A model generated the notes under the pieces. The model worked only from the letters and a program-made list of their open reading frames with translations. It made no database searches and had not been told where the DNA came from. This document shows, piece after piece, positions 1 through 10,270 of a stretch of 64,000 nucleotides of DNA. The DNA is from Cyanophora paradoxa CCMP329. Its lineage: Eukaryota > Plantae > Glaucophyta. A program made the position numbers and the translations under genes. The stretch is taken from NCBI GenBank assembly GCA_004431415.1, contig QPMI01000176.1, forward strand, positions 62,001-126,000, written 5' to 3'. Every line of letters starts with the position of its first letter. Within the stretch, counting starts at the first letter, position 1.

Positions 1-1981
1 AAGTCGGAGGCGTACACCGCGAGGCTCCACCCCGCCGGCAGCGCGCCCTCGGGCCTCTGCGGGGGCCGGGGCGGGGCGCGCCTCAGCCGCCCGCGCGAGG
101 AGATCGGGCTCGAGGGGGGCGCGGGCGGGGGCGGACGGAGAGGGAGATGAGGACGGGGCGGGAGAAGTCGGCGTGGTGGCTGCCGACGCCCCGCGTCAGC
201 CGAGCCGGCTCGACCCTCCCGGCAGGCCGGGGCCGGGGCGGGAAAGCTCGGGGCGCCTGGGGTTCCCGCAGACGAAGTAGCGGGCGGCCTTGGGGTCGAG
301 GGGGAGCTCCACGTCCGCCCGCCTGCGCCCCCGCCGCCCCTCAGCGCCCCGGCCCGAGCCCCGACGCGGACCCGGCGCGGGGCCGGGCGGGGGCGCACCT
401 GCCGAGCTCCACGGCGACCTGCGGCGCGGCGAAGGCCCTCACCTCGTACCGCAGCAGCTGGCCCGGGCCGCCACCAGCGCTGCCCGCCCGAGGCAAGTGA
501 GCGCCGATCGCGGGCCGGGCGGGGCGCGCGCGGGGCCGGGGGCGGCGGGCACAGAAGAACAGGGGGTGATCGCGCTCGGCGGCGGGGCCGGAGGCGGCGG
601 GGGGCACGACGAGGCGCATGGGGCCGGGGGGGGCGGCGGCGCCCTCCCCGGGGGCCTCGACGTGGAGCGACCACTCGTGGGCCCCCTGCGCGCGCGCGCG
701 CGCGCGCGAGGGAGGGCTCGAGGGTGAGGGGGGAGTTGGAGCGGGGAGAAGAAGGTGGAGCTTTTATCGGGCGAGGGGAGCTCGAGCGGGGGGCGGCTGG
801 CACGGGGCACCTCGCCGGGGGCCCGCGCCACGCGGCTCGCGAAGACGTCGACCGCCCCCGAGCGCACCCCGACCGTCACCACCGCCTGCCCGCATCGCAG
901 CCGCCGTCAGATCGGCCGCCGGGCCGGGCCTGCTCGTGATTGTGCGGGGGCCGGCTGACCGAGGAGCCCGGGGGGACGATGACCGCGAAGTCGCGCCTCA
1001 TGCCGCCGGGGAGGTCCCCGCTCGCCGGCTCCTCGTGCTTCAGCACTGCCCGCGCCCCTTAGCCCACGCATCTCCGCAGGGGTCTTTCCAACAATTAGAA
1101 ATCGAAGCGAGCGTACCGGCGTGCTCGGGGTACAGTTCCTCGGGGGTCAGCGGCGCCGGGGCGGGGGCCACGCGATCGCGATCTGAGGGGCCCGCGTTCA
1201 GAACTAGAGCTCGATCGCGAGAGCGACTTCTAGATAAAATATTCGAAAGCTAGCTTAAGCTTCACGATCAAAAGCGTGGAAATCTTGAGGATCGATATCG
1301 GTTCTTGAGAGGGTCTAAGGCGAGGTTCCGCAGCTGCAGGTGGCGCCGGCGGCGCAGCAAATAAAATATTTTTTTGGAATGCGCACCCTCGCCGCCGCTC
1401 TCGTAGTCCGTGGCCGAGCCGCTGAGCCTTCCGCGGCGGAAGCTGCGCCTGTAGCTGCGGATGAAGCTGTGCCGCGCGGTGCCGGTGCCGAAGGAGGCGG
1501 CGGCCGCCGCGTCGGCCTTCGCGTTGAGGGCGGCGCGGGCCGAGGGCGGGTTGCCCGCGCCGGGGAGCGGCGAGCCGGCCGGGGAGGCGCTCGAGGCGCT
1601 CGAGTCCGGGCCGGGGTCCGCCGCGAGGCCCGCCAGCACGCCCCGCCGGAAGCTCAGGCTCGGCGCGATCCGCCCCCGAAGGCTCCCGCTCGAGCGCTCC
1701 GTCTCCGCCGCCGGCGGGGGCGTGTGCGCATGCGTGGGCGCGGCAGGCTCGGCGGCCGCGGTCGGAGGCAGCCGCGGCGAGACCGACGGCTGGGGACGGG
1801 GCAGGAACGCGGCGAGCTCGCGGTCGAGCTGCAGGTCCGGGCTCCCGCGGAGGGCCGCCCCCGGGTTGATCAGGGCGAAGCGTCCGGCCCCAGGCGTCAG
1901 GCGGCCCGTCGAAGGCGGGGCGACGAGCGCGACGGCGTCGCGCTCAGCGGGCATGGCTACCGTACGCGTACGCGTCGACAC
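1..1981 (-). CDS. Possible multi-exon host gene of unknown function, running off the window start
   Basis: ATG-initiated 237-aa ORF 1268..1981 plus downstream exon-like stretches bounded by CGCAG acceptors on the minus strand. No recognisable domain and exon structure not resolved. Confidence 0.3.
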
Positions 1982-2669
1982 GTCGGCGGCTGCCGAAGCT
2001 TAAGAGCTCGAGGCGCCGGCACGGCTGCTTCGAATTCTGCAAGCGAGGCGGCGAGCCTCGCAGCTAGCCTCGCGCGCGGCAGTTGACTCTAAGTTGAAGT
2101 CTGGCCGTCGCCGCCGCCGATGAAAATGCCGCACGCACGGCGCGCGCGCGAATGATCGAAAACGCCCGGCCGTCGGCTGCAGCTGGGGTTCACCGTTCAC
2201 GCCCCTGAAGGGTCGTCCGGACTTCGGGAGCTCGATCGAGCGTGAAGACGGTGGCGACCGTCGACGTCACACGGCGTGGCGTACGCCGCGGTACGCGTAC
2301 GCGTGGGTGCCGCGCGCGGCCGGCGGAGCTGGCTTAGGTGCAAGTTGTGCAACTAACGCCAGTCTCTCGGCAACTTTGACTCAGTGAATTCCGACAATTC
2401 GCTGCGGCGCTGAAAGCTTACTAAGTTAAGGCGCGCGCCGCGGGCGCCCCGCGCCAGTGCGGCGCCAGCGCTGCAGTGCTAGCGGGCCGGGCCCGCGGCG
2501 CCCCGCGCGGCAGAAGGCGGCGGGTAGCTGGGTACAGGTCTGGCAGGTGGGTCCGGCAGAAAAAACCGTTGAACATAAAACCCGTGAAAGAAAAAGAAAG
2601 AACTGACAGGAAAATGAAATCACCTTGAAGAATTGAATCGGTCGGGCCTGAAATTTAGAATTTTAGATA

Positions 2670-2916
2670 CCGTATAACACAATATTAATGCGCTCAATAT
2701 TAATGCGTTTTTGGACCCGGACCCCTATTATGGCTATTAATGCGGCACCAAATTAATGCGTTTTGAAGCCTTTTGGCTGCATATGGGGGGTACAGACCGC
2801 AGTTTCTTAGCGCTTCAATATCAATGCGCCCCCAAATTAATGCGTTTTGACGGCAGAAAACGCATTAAATTGGGGGCGCATTAATATTATGCGCGCACTA
2901 ATATTCTGTTACACGG
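2670..2916. mobile_element. MITE (Tc1/mariner/pogo-like), ~247 bp
   Basis: Left end TA|CCGTATAACACAATATTAATGCGC; reverse complement of the right end TA|CCGTGTAACAGAATATTAGTGCGC. TA flanks, internal ATTAATGCG repeats, AT-rich and non-coding. Confidence 0.8.
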
Positions 2917-3595
2917 TATCGATATCGATTGATCCCAGTCCTCGAGTCGCCTTTGTCGTCCGCGGCCTCGTTTTTTGTCATGATTTGGCTTCCCGGACCC
3001 TTCCCGGGTACGCGTGTGTCTCGGACTTCCCGGGTACTAGTACGTATACTGCAGCGGCTAGCTATATAGCTAGGCCAAATTCAAATTATAATTACCGCCG
3101 GGCCGGGTACGCGCAGGTCCTTGGCCATGGGTACATCCAGTAAGTAGCGCTAGCAGGCCAAAATTCCGGGGATACCGCGATATCGATATCGATCTTGGCA
3201 ATCGCAAATTAAATGAAATGGGTGAATTCGAATTCGAATGCGCGCGCGGCGCTCGCCGCCGAATTCGAATGCCCGGCCGCGCGCGGCCCGTCGAACGTGC
3301 ACGTCGCTGCACGATGAGTTCGAAGTTTCGTCGGCGGTCGCGGCCGCGCGGCCCGCGCCACGCTCTGACCGCGTATACGCCCGGCGGCCGGACAATTGCA
3401 AAGAGCCTTGGGACTGACAAGTTGGGAGCGGATCGGGGGCGGCCGGGGGAGCAGCCGCGGCAGCAAGCGCAGGAAACGCCATCGACCGCCTCCGCGCGCG
3501 CCTGGGGCCTGCAGAGGAGAAGGGTCAGAGGCGGCAGCTAGATGCGGGGGACCCGCACGCCGGCCCGGGGAGCTCGCCCTCGCTCTCGCCCCCCG

Positions 3596-5763
3596 TCACC
3601 CGACGAGGGCGGTGGAGACGTGCGAGTTGAGGCCGCACTTGCCGGCCCCGCGCAGCATCCGGAAGTACCCGCCCTGCCCCAGCCGCCCGCCACCCGTGGG
3701 CCCCGCGGCACCCCCGCGGCGTCCCGGGGCGGGCGCGGGGGCGCACCTCGCCCCACTTCGGCCCCCACGAGTTCTTGAGGATCTGCGGGGGACGGAGCCC
3801 GGTCGGCGAGGGGGCGGGGCGGGGGCGGGCGGGGCCGGGGGCGGACCCAGAACTTGCGGGGCCGGCGGAGGATCGGGGAGACGTCCTCGCCGTACCCCAC
3901 CAGCAGCACCGCGTGGTTCAGCTCCTCCTGCGCCCCCGGCCCGGCTCGCGCCGCCGGAGGCAGAGCGAGGGGCGGGCGGGGCGGGGCGGCGTGGGCGGAC
4001 CTTTGCGCACCACCAGGGCGCCGAGACGCCGCGCATGTAGAGCATGAGGTGGTTCGCTGCGGGGCGGGCGCAGGGCAGCGGTGAGGCGGGGCTCCGGGCC
4101 ACGGTGCAGAGGGCGGGGGCGGGGTGACCGTTGAAGACGACGGCGAGGGGCCCCTGCTTGACGAGCCACGCGGCGATCTGCTCCTCGTCCTGCGCCACCT
4201 GCCCGCCCCGCCCCGCCCCGCCCCGCGTCGGCTCCGGGGCCGTCGGGGCCGAGCGCCGGGGCGCCCCGAACCTCCATCCAGTCCACAGCGCGGGCCACCG
4301 CCCGCGAGGCGCTGTACTCGCACTGCCGCCGGCCCCCGCCCGCCGGCCCGCCTGATCAGCACCCGCCCGAGCAGCACGAGTGGAGCTAGGGGGGCTCGGG
4401 GGGGCCGAGCGCACGCGGTGGTTGCAGAAGTTCGTCTGGTGGATGCTGCGGGGACGGGCGTCTGCCCTCACACGCCCCCCAAGGCCGGCGACCGGGCGCG
4501 CGGGGCACCTGGTGTTGCAGGACTTGTTCGCGAGGCAGACGAAGCAGTTCCCCACCGGCGGCACGCAGTAGCGGTACCTGCCCAGAGCCCTGAAATGAGA
4601 GGAGGGGGTAGGGGGAGGGGGAAGGGGGGGAGGGGGGAGACGAGGGGGTTAGAGCGCACTCCGACTCGGGCATAAGGCCGTCGCGCATCGCGTACTCGTA
4701 AGCCTGCGAGGGGGGCGCTCTGTAGGGGTACGCGGTTTCCGAGGCGAGGGGCTCGAAAGCATGCCGTCTGCGGCCATCCGCCGTAGCAGCCGCAGTTGCT
4801 GGCATCGCAGTCGACGATCTGGATGCTCCGGAAATTAATATTCAGCCGAGACTAACGCGGGGGGGCGCTAGCTGATCGCTCGCCTGCTGCACGGAGAGGG
4901 GCACGAGGTCATTTCCGGCTCCGTGCAGGTACCTGGGCGAGCGTCAGTGGACCGGCCTGAAAGAGCAGAAGACGAAGGGGGATCACCACTGCGACTCAAT
5001 GTTCTCGACCGCGGCATGCGCCCAGCAGCTGCCACAGTTCTCCTGGTTGCGGATGGCTGTGACCGCGCCCTTGTCTCGCCAGTCAAAGTGCGGCGGGAGG
5101 TTGTCGGTCGAGAGTGGCGGCGCCTGGCGCCCCTTTGGCACGTCCTGCGCGTCCATGGGGATCAAGCGAGTCGCCCGAAACTCCTCTGGCTTCATGTCTG
5201 CACGTCATGGTTAGCGACATCGACGTCGCGCGCCCGCGCTCAAAGGCGCGACCTGCGAAAGGCGATCTGCGAGAATAGTGAGCGCACATCAACGGCACGC
5301 ACGCAAGCTCGGTCGAAGCTGCGAACGCACTCAATCCCGTACGTAGCGCCGTCTCGGACATCGGCCGTCATCTCCAGCGCTCGGGCCTCGTTTTCCTGTC
5401 GTCGGCGCGCCCCCTCAGCAGCAGGCAAGCACGCAAAAGCAGGCTCACAATCCAGTTCTTGAATCGCTGGTGCAGCTCCTGCATGCTACGGTACGTGCGC
5501 GAGTGCTCCCGCGCCCAGGCGAGAAAGCGGGAGAAAGAGCGCCCATGCTCAGCAGGAGGCTGCATGGCATCTTCAATGTCCGCAGGCGCAACAGGCCGCC
5601 CATGCAGCAGCGCGCCGAGGCGGGTGAGGAGAGTCGCGGGCTCGAGCTCCCCGCGCGCCGTCGATGCGGCGCCGGCGCACACCAGGACGAGCACAGCGAC
5701 AGCCGCGGCGTTTGAACGCCGCCCAGTCGCGCGAGTGCCAGCGCTGGCGCCGGCGTTGGCCAT
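3596..5763 (-). CDS. Papain-family (C1A) cathepsin L/F-like cysteine protease, multi-exon
   Basis: Hydrophobic signal-like N-terminus from ATG 5763, followed by exons [23 protein letters not shown] (catalytic Cys), [22 protein letters not shown] (His), [11 protein letters not shown] (Asn) and [14 protein letters not shown]..stop at 3596. Confidence 0.93.
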
Positions 5764-5842
5764 CTTTAATTTTGATCTGCAGCTGGCCCGTATATCCGTA
5801 CCCTGGACGAGCGCCTTCGAATTCGAAAAACGTAAACAATTT

Positions 5843-5896
5843 TTTTTTTGAGAGACTACGGTGGGGCGAACCCCCCGTAGTAATATTAGGGACAAA
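5843..5896 (-). mobile_element. Short 5'-truncated retro-copy (3' stem-loop plus poly-A)
   Basis: Minus strand reads TACTACGGGGGGTTCGCCCCACCGTAGTCTCTC-polyA, flanked by TAAACAATTT at 5833-5842 and 5897-5906. The same CTACG...CCACCGTAG hairpin tail ends the SINE at 41666-41831. Confidence 0.6.
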
Positions 5897-5906
5897 TAAA
5901 CAATTT

Positions 5907-6057
5907 ATTTTTTTTGGTGAATTACCGGCCACAGCCTCTAGTCTACTCCAGCACTGTGGGGGCGTATACAGGCAAGGTGGGGTATGATCGATCGGATTTA
6001 TGTGGAACGGGCGGGATTCGAAGGCGTGATTCTCATCGCAGGGCGATTCGAACACGG
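5907..6057 (-). mobile_element. SINE-like repeat copy 1, interrupted by the virus (continues at 30255-30273)
   Basis: About 150 bp highly similar to 30284-30434. The minus strand has a B-box-like GTTCGAATC and ends in an A-tract. Confidence 0.55.
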
Positions 6058-6063
6058 AAGGCA
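6058..6063 (+). repeat. Left target-site duplication AAGGCA
   Basis: AAGGCA immediately precedes the left TIR and recurs at 30249-30254 immediately after the right TIR. 6-bp TSDs are typical of Polinton rve integrases. Confidence 0.92.
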
Positions 6064-6611
6064 AAAAAAATGAGAGAGAGCCGACCACGGTGGCCCACCC
6101 CTCTCCGCCACCCCCATCCCCTCACCCCCTCGCTTGCTGCACCAGCCCTAGCGTCCACCCCACTCTCCCTTCAACCCCGCTCTCTCGTTACGTCTACCCC
6201 GCTCTCTTGTTACGTCTGCCGGCCTTTTCCCTAGGTCAAAGCCTAGCAATAGCTCATGTCTATTCAAGACAGTGCTGACAACTAGAATAGACGAAGAGGA
6301 GCGCGGCCCCCCTTGAGCGCGGTCTGCATAGCAACGAAGCAGAATAGGCTAGACGATATTAATGTGTACAGAGAAGCTAACTGAGGAAACACGTTCAGCG
6401 CTAGCTATGCGATAATGATGTGTACAGCGAAGCTAACTGAGGAAACGGGTTCAGCACTAGCTGGGCGTGTTTACAGTCTGGAGCGAACGTGAGGCACAGC
6501 GCGGGCGAGCTCTATCTAGGCGCTTGGCGCAGCGTCGCTGCTTGTCTGCGACCAGGGGCAACCTCCCAAGCGGTACGGGCCCCCAGAGCGGTCTGGTGCG
6601 GCCTCGGGAGA
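6064..6611 (+). repeat. Left terminal inverted repeat, 548 bp
   Basis: Starts AAAAAAATGAGAGAGAGCCGACC and is the reverse complement of 29701-30248; one mismatch seen (GGTACGGGC vs GGTAGGGGC). Contains an internal ~58-bp-period direct repeat at 6361-6463. Confidence 0.96.
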
Positions 6612-6637
6612 GAAAACAAACGCGAAAGTGCCTATAG

Positions 6638-6930
6638 CTAGGCCTGCGCCTGCGCCTGTGTCAGAGCCTGCGCCTGTGCCTGCGCCTGAGCTCGAGTCTG
6701 CACCTGCGCCTGCACTTGAGCTTGTGCCTGCGCTTGCGCCTGTGCTATCAAGCAAGCTCTTCTCTGTAATATAACGTAATGACATAGCTATCGCTCTTGC
6801 TGCAGGGATTCTGTCCAACGGTCCCTGCATGTGCTTCGCGTTCTGCCGCTGACTCGCAGCTCTGCCTAACGCCGACTCGCGGTAGCGCTTCTTCTTTGCT
6901 CGCTCCTTCTCGGATGTCTTGAACTGCCGC
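6638..6930 (-). CDS. Left terminal gene candidate: basic segment followed by a (Gln-Ala)n tract; structure unresolved
   Basis: QFKTSEKERAKKKRYRESALGRAASQRQNAKH..AIAMSLR..EKSLL is homologous to the right-end ORF. The repeat at 6641-6745 reads QAQAQAQAQVQAQ..QA-stop with third-position variation in a frame different from the ORF-track frame. Confidence 0.4.
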
Positions 6931-7739
6931 TTAGGATGCAGAGCAGCAGTGCTGAGATTGCGCGGCGCGCTGAGCATGCGGAAGCTTCCAGGATCCAGAA
7001 GCTGCGCGGGATCGGCGCGAGACACACTCTATAGAACTGAGAAGCTTCCTAAACTTCTAGGTCGTCACATCCGATCGAAGCTTCCAGACTCGTCCTTTCG
7101 GTGCAAGCTCAAGCCCCAGACCAAGCCGTCAAGCTCAAGCCGGCTAGAGTGAACGTCTTTGGGCGAAACGTTCAAAAACTCGGAACTGCTGCGACGCCCG
7201 GCGCTCAAAGCTCGATTTATCGTTTTTGCGCATCGCACACAGTATCCAAACGCTTTGGCCGGCGCCCGGTGCGCTTCTGTGCAGAGATCAAGCTCGGCTA
7301 GCCACCCTCAAGCTAAGCCGGCTAGGGTGAACGTCTCAGGTCAAAAGCTCGGAACTGCTGCGGCGCCCAGCGCTGGAGACTTGTTTTGTCATTCTTCTGT
7401 ATCATAGTTAGTATGCGTACGCTTTGGCCGGCGCCCGGTGCGCTTCTGCGCTGAGGTCAAGCCGCCATACATTTTAGTCGTCAAACCCGACGATTAAAGA
7501 TCTCATCAACGCTGCGGTGCCTGAACGCGCTTGCTGCGGATTTCGTAATTATAGATCATGAAACTATGGAATACACAGCGGCTGGGTCCAAATCGATCTC
7601 TGTCATGAGAAACCATGGTAATCTGGGTCGAAACGTTCAGTCCTGTACGATTGGCTACTGTAGTGTACTAAGCACTGCTATAAATCGATTTTAAATGCAT
7701 TTGCGTATGCTTTTTAATCACCGCCGCAAGAGCGCCAAC
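6750..7739 (+). repeat. Left inner diverged inverted repeat (partner 28221-29055)
   Basis: For example GTCAAGCCGCCATACATTTTAGTCGTCAAACCCGACGATTAA at ~7456-7497 is the reverse complement of ~28464-28505. The left arm has a ~160-bp unit twice (~7133-7293, ~7312-7463) that is single on the right. Confidence 0.88.
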
Positions 7740-7837
7740 AAACAGCTGTTGTAACGGGGCGGACCCCCCGAAAGTGCACCGCCACCCTCATAGTGCACGG
7801 CATGCGGCCTGCGGAGCGCGCGCGGTCTGGTGCGGCC

Positions 7838-8182
7838 TCATTCCACTTGATCTGGTTGCTTTTCCGAAACTGGGGTCTTCTCCTTTCTGAAACTTGATAG
7901 CAAGGACTTCCTTCTTTTCAGTGGCTTTGGGATATTTGGGGGTGGCCAAGACAATCTTCGGCTTTCAGAATCATGCCACGGTATAGGTGAATCAGATCGT
8001 GTAAAAGGAGAATTGGACCTAGAAGTCCCGGGTGTGTTATTAGGCGATAGCTGAGTATCAGGGGTGCGTGACCCCTCAGTGTCAGATATTTCGAGATTGA
8101 TAGTTGTCTCACAGCAGCTGCATTTCAATTTGCTGGTGACGTTGAGATGGAACATCTCCATGCATTTACGAAGCAAATCCAT
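7838..8182 (-). CDS. Viral hypothetical protein, 114 aa, Ser/Pro-rich with a basic C-terminus
   Basis: ATG ORF co-oriented with the fibre cluster and preceded by TATATA; contains CSCC and a KPLKRRK NLS-like motif. Confidence 0.65.
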   Translation of the reverse strand: MDLLRKCMEMFHLNVTSKLKCSCCETTINLEISDTEGSRTPDTQLSPNNTPGTSRSNSPFTRSDSPIPWHDSESRRLSWPPPNIPKPLKRRKSLLSSFRKEKTPVSEKQPDQVE

Positions 8183-8213
8183 CTAGTATGGTCTATATAT
8201 AAAAACAAAGATT

Positions 8214-9047
8214 CTATGGGTTGGGATCAGCCCCTCCAATCGGGAAGTAACGATTCGAATTGAAGGTCTCACCATACTTGACCCCACTTGCAATCACATC
8301 TGTTCTTTCCGCAAATAGAATAATTTTATAGGCGCCCATAAGCGTTGCCCTCACAATAAACTGGTAATCTTCAACCCCTACTGGAGTAGAATGGAAAGCG
8401 ACACCAAAATTGTCAATAGGATTAATTAAAACAGCTATGTTTGGCCGGAGAGCATCATTTCTCCTACAAAGGAAGTAGATATCCGGGGGAATATCGACAA
8501 CACTCTTGAAATGGTTTCCGAGTGGCGGAACGTTATCTACGATTGATGTTTGCTCATTTATGTTTAGCGTGAAAAGTTTAATAATGTAAGGCGAATTCAT
8601 ACCAGGAACATACGTTCTGATTCTTTCATTAGTGTTTTCAGGGTTAGGTTGATCATTTACAAATATAGGGGCGCAAGCAGCGCCGCCCACTCTCAGGCCA
8701 TCTCCAATATAAGCACCTCCTGACCTGCAGGTCACAGCTCCTATTCTTGATTCGTAGGTAAAAGTATTAACCTTGTTAGCATCGTCATAGCTATCAGGAT
8801 CACCATAATGCGCATTAAAATTTGCGTTTGTTACGACAAGATTTGTTGTTTTGACCACTCCATTATTTTTGTCACATCTTACCTCTCCTAAACGTATGAT
8901 GTGATTATCTCGGAAGGTATTTAGAGTTGGCTGCTGCTCCGTTGATTGCAGGCCAGGCACATCATCTGAGACGGCATGCTGCAGGACGTGGTTGGCTGGA
9001 GCGGCGAGGGTCAACGATGGAACTACTATTCTTTCAACAGCTTCCAT
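8214..9047 (-). CDS. Viral protein, 277 aa, putative fibre/virion-associated; paralog of 9076..9924
   Basis: Shares QH.VSD, DKN.GVVKTT.L.VTNANF, RSGGA.I...RV.G and R.R.YVP motifs with the neighbour. The GAVTCRSGGAYIGDGLRVGG segment resembles viral fibre beta-repeats. Confidence 0.7.
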   Translation of the reverse strand: MEAVERIVVPSLTLAAPANHVLQHAVSDDVPGLQSTEQQPTLNTFRDNHIIRLGEVRCDKNNGVVKTTNLVVTNANFNAHYGDPDSYDDANKVNTFTYESRIGAVTCRSGGAYIGDGLRVGGAACAPIFVNDQPNPENTNERIRTYVPGMNSPYIIKLFTLNINEQTSIVDNVPPLGNHFKSVVDIPPDIYFLCRRNDALRPNIAVLINPIDNFGVAFHSTPVGVEDYQFIVRATLMGAYKIILFAERTDVIASGVKYGETFNSNRYFPIGGADPNP

Positions 9048-9075
9048 TTTAGAAAACAGAAGATAAAACTTTCAC

Positions 9076-9924
9076 TCAAGGTATAGGATTTTCCGGATTG
9101 CCTTCCTCATACATATTATTCAGTGCTGGATCAACGTTCAGCCCTCTAGTAGCCACTGATGCAGCCACATCGGAGCGATAGCCGATGATTAGGATAGAGT
9201 ATCGGCCTATCGCAGTAGCATATAAATCGAAAAGGTGCCTTGTATTAATATTACGAACTACGTATCCCCGCCCAGCATGTCCAAGACCTTGCACAAAGAA
9301 CGTATACACATGCCCTATCTGGTCATTTTGATCCTGGCAGAGAGATTGTAATGCTTTAGGGATTTCTCTGTTTGAAAGCAACCTCTCACCATCCAGACCA
9401 TTTGGTGTACTTGAATTAGCTATGGTTATTTCAACTTCTACTAGAGCTTGTGCATAGGGAAGGTCACAGCAAGGTACATACATGCGAACTCGTTTACGAT
9501 TTTCGACATTCTCTACTGAAAAGTCTGGGACATCATTGATGGCAATCGATGATGATAGGCCCCCACTAACTCGGCAGGCTCCGGTAATAGCTGCTCCTCC
9601 GGAGCGCACAGTCAGGGCAGCAGTGTTTTGATCATAGTTTATGCTTCGAAGGTCAACACTATATGAGTCAACTCCTCCTGTTATGGGCTGGGAGAAATTT
9701 GCGTTCGTAACCAGTAATCGAGTTGTTTTGACAACCCCAGAGTTTTTATCTGCGCGTAATTCTTTACAGCGAATCACTGATCGCTGATCAAATGCATTAG
9801 TTGAGTTTGGACGCTCAGTGGACTCTAATCCAGCAATGGCATCGCTAACTTCATGCTGCCTCATATGGATTGCTGGAGAGCCCAGTGAGTAGATTGGTAA
9901 CTGGACTCGGTTGTACTCGGTCAT
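9076..9924 (-). CDS. Viral protein, 282 aa, putative fibre/virion-associated; paralog of 8214..9047
   Basis: Clean ATG ORF with full-length similarity to the adjacent ORF, including the C-terminal AT..G.Y.I....R[ST]DV.A. Confidence 0.7.
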   Translation of the reverse strand: MTEYNRVQLPIYSLGSPAIHMRQHEVSDAIAGLESTERPNSTNAFDQRSVIRCKELRADKNSGVVKTTRLLVTNANFSQPITGGVDSYSVDLRSINYDQNTAALTVRSGGAAITGACRVSGGLSSSIAINDVPDFSVENVENRKRVRMYVPCCDLPYAQALVEVEITIANSSTPNGLDGERLLSNREIPKALQSLCQDQNDQIGHVYTFFVQGLGHAGRGYVVRNINTRHLFDLYATAIGRYSILIIGYRSDVAASVATRGLNVDPALNNMYEEGNPENPIP

Positions 9925-9961
9925 TTAATAGAAACGAAAGAGAAAAAATAATGTAGCAACG

Positions 9962-10267
9962 TCAAGCTGGAGTGATCAGATTTGATCCGAGAGCTTGATA
10001 GATAGTGGACAGGTTATGAAGTGACATCATCATAGTTTTCAGGTTGGAGTCGAGCTCATTATATTTGCTGGCAGGATCACCATATGCCGATTGGGCAAGG
10101 ACGTTAACCAAGAGGTTTTTATATTCATGAACAACAGGGGACAGTTTGTTAGTTTGCTGAATCGTTTTTTCGACATTTTGTAGTGCGGCTACAAGTTTGA
10201 TAGTATCGAATGCAAGAGCGACAGGCTCAGAAGTAGTAGTGGTTCCACCAAGTGGATAGGTTGCCAT
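9962..10267 (-). CDS. Viral hypothetical protein, 101 aa, probably helical
   Basis: ATG lies 3 nt after the fibre stop (TAATAAATG); no recognisable motif. Confidence 0.7.
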   Translation of the reverse strand: MATYPLGGTTTTSEPVALAFDTIKLVAALQNVEKTIQQTNKLSPVVHEYKNLLVNVLAQSAYGDPASKYNELDSNLKTMMMSLHNLSTIYQALGSNLITPA

Positions 10268-10270
10268 TTA

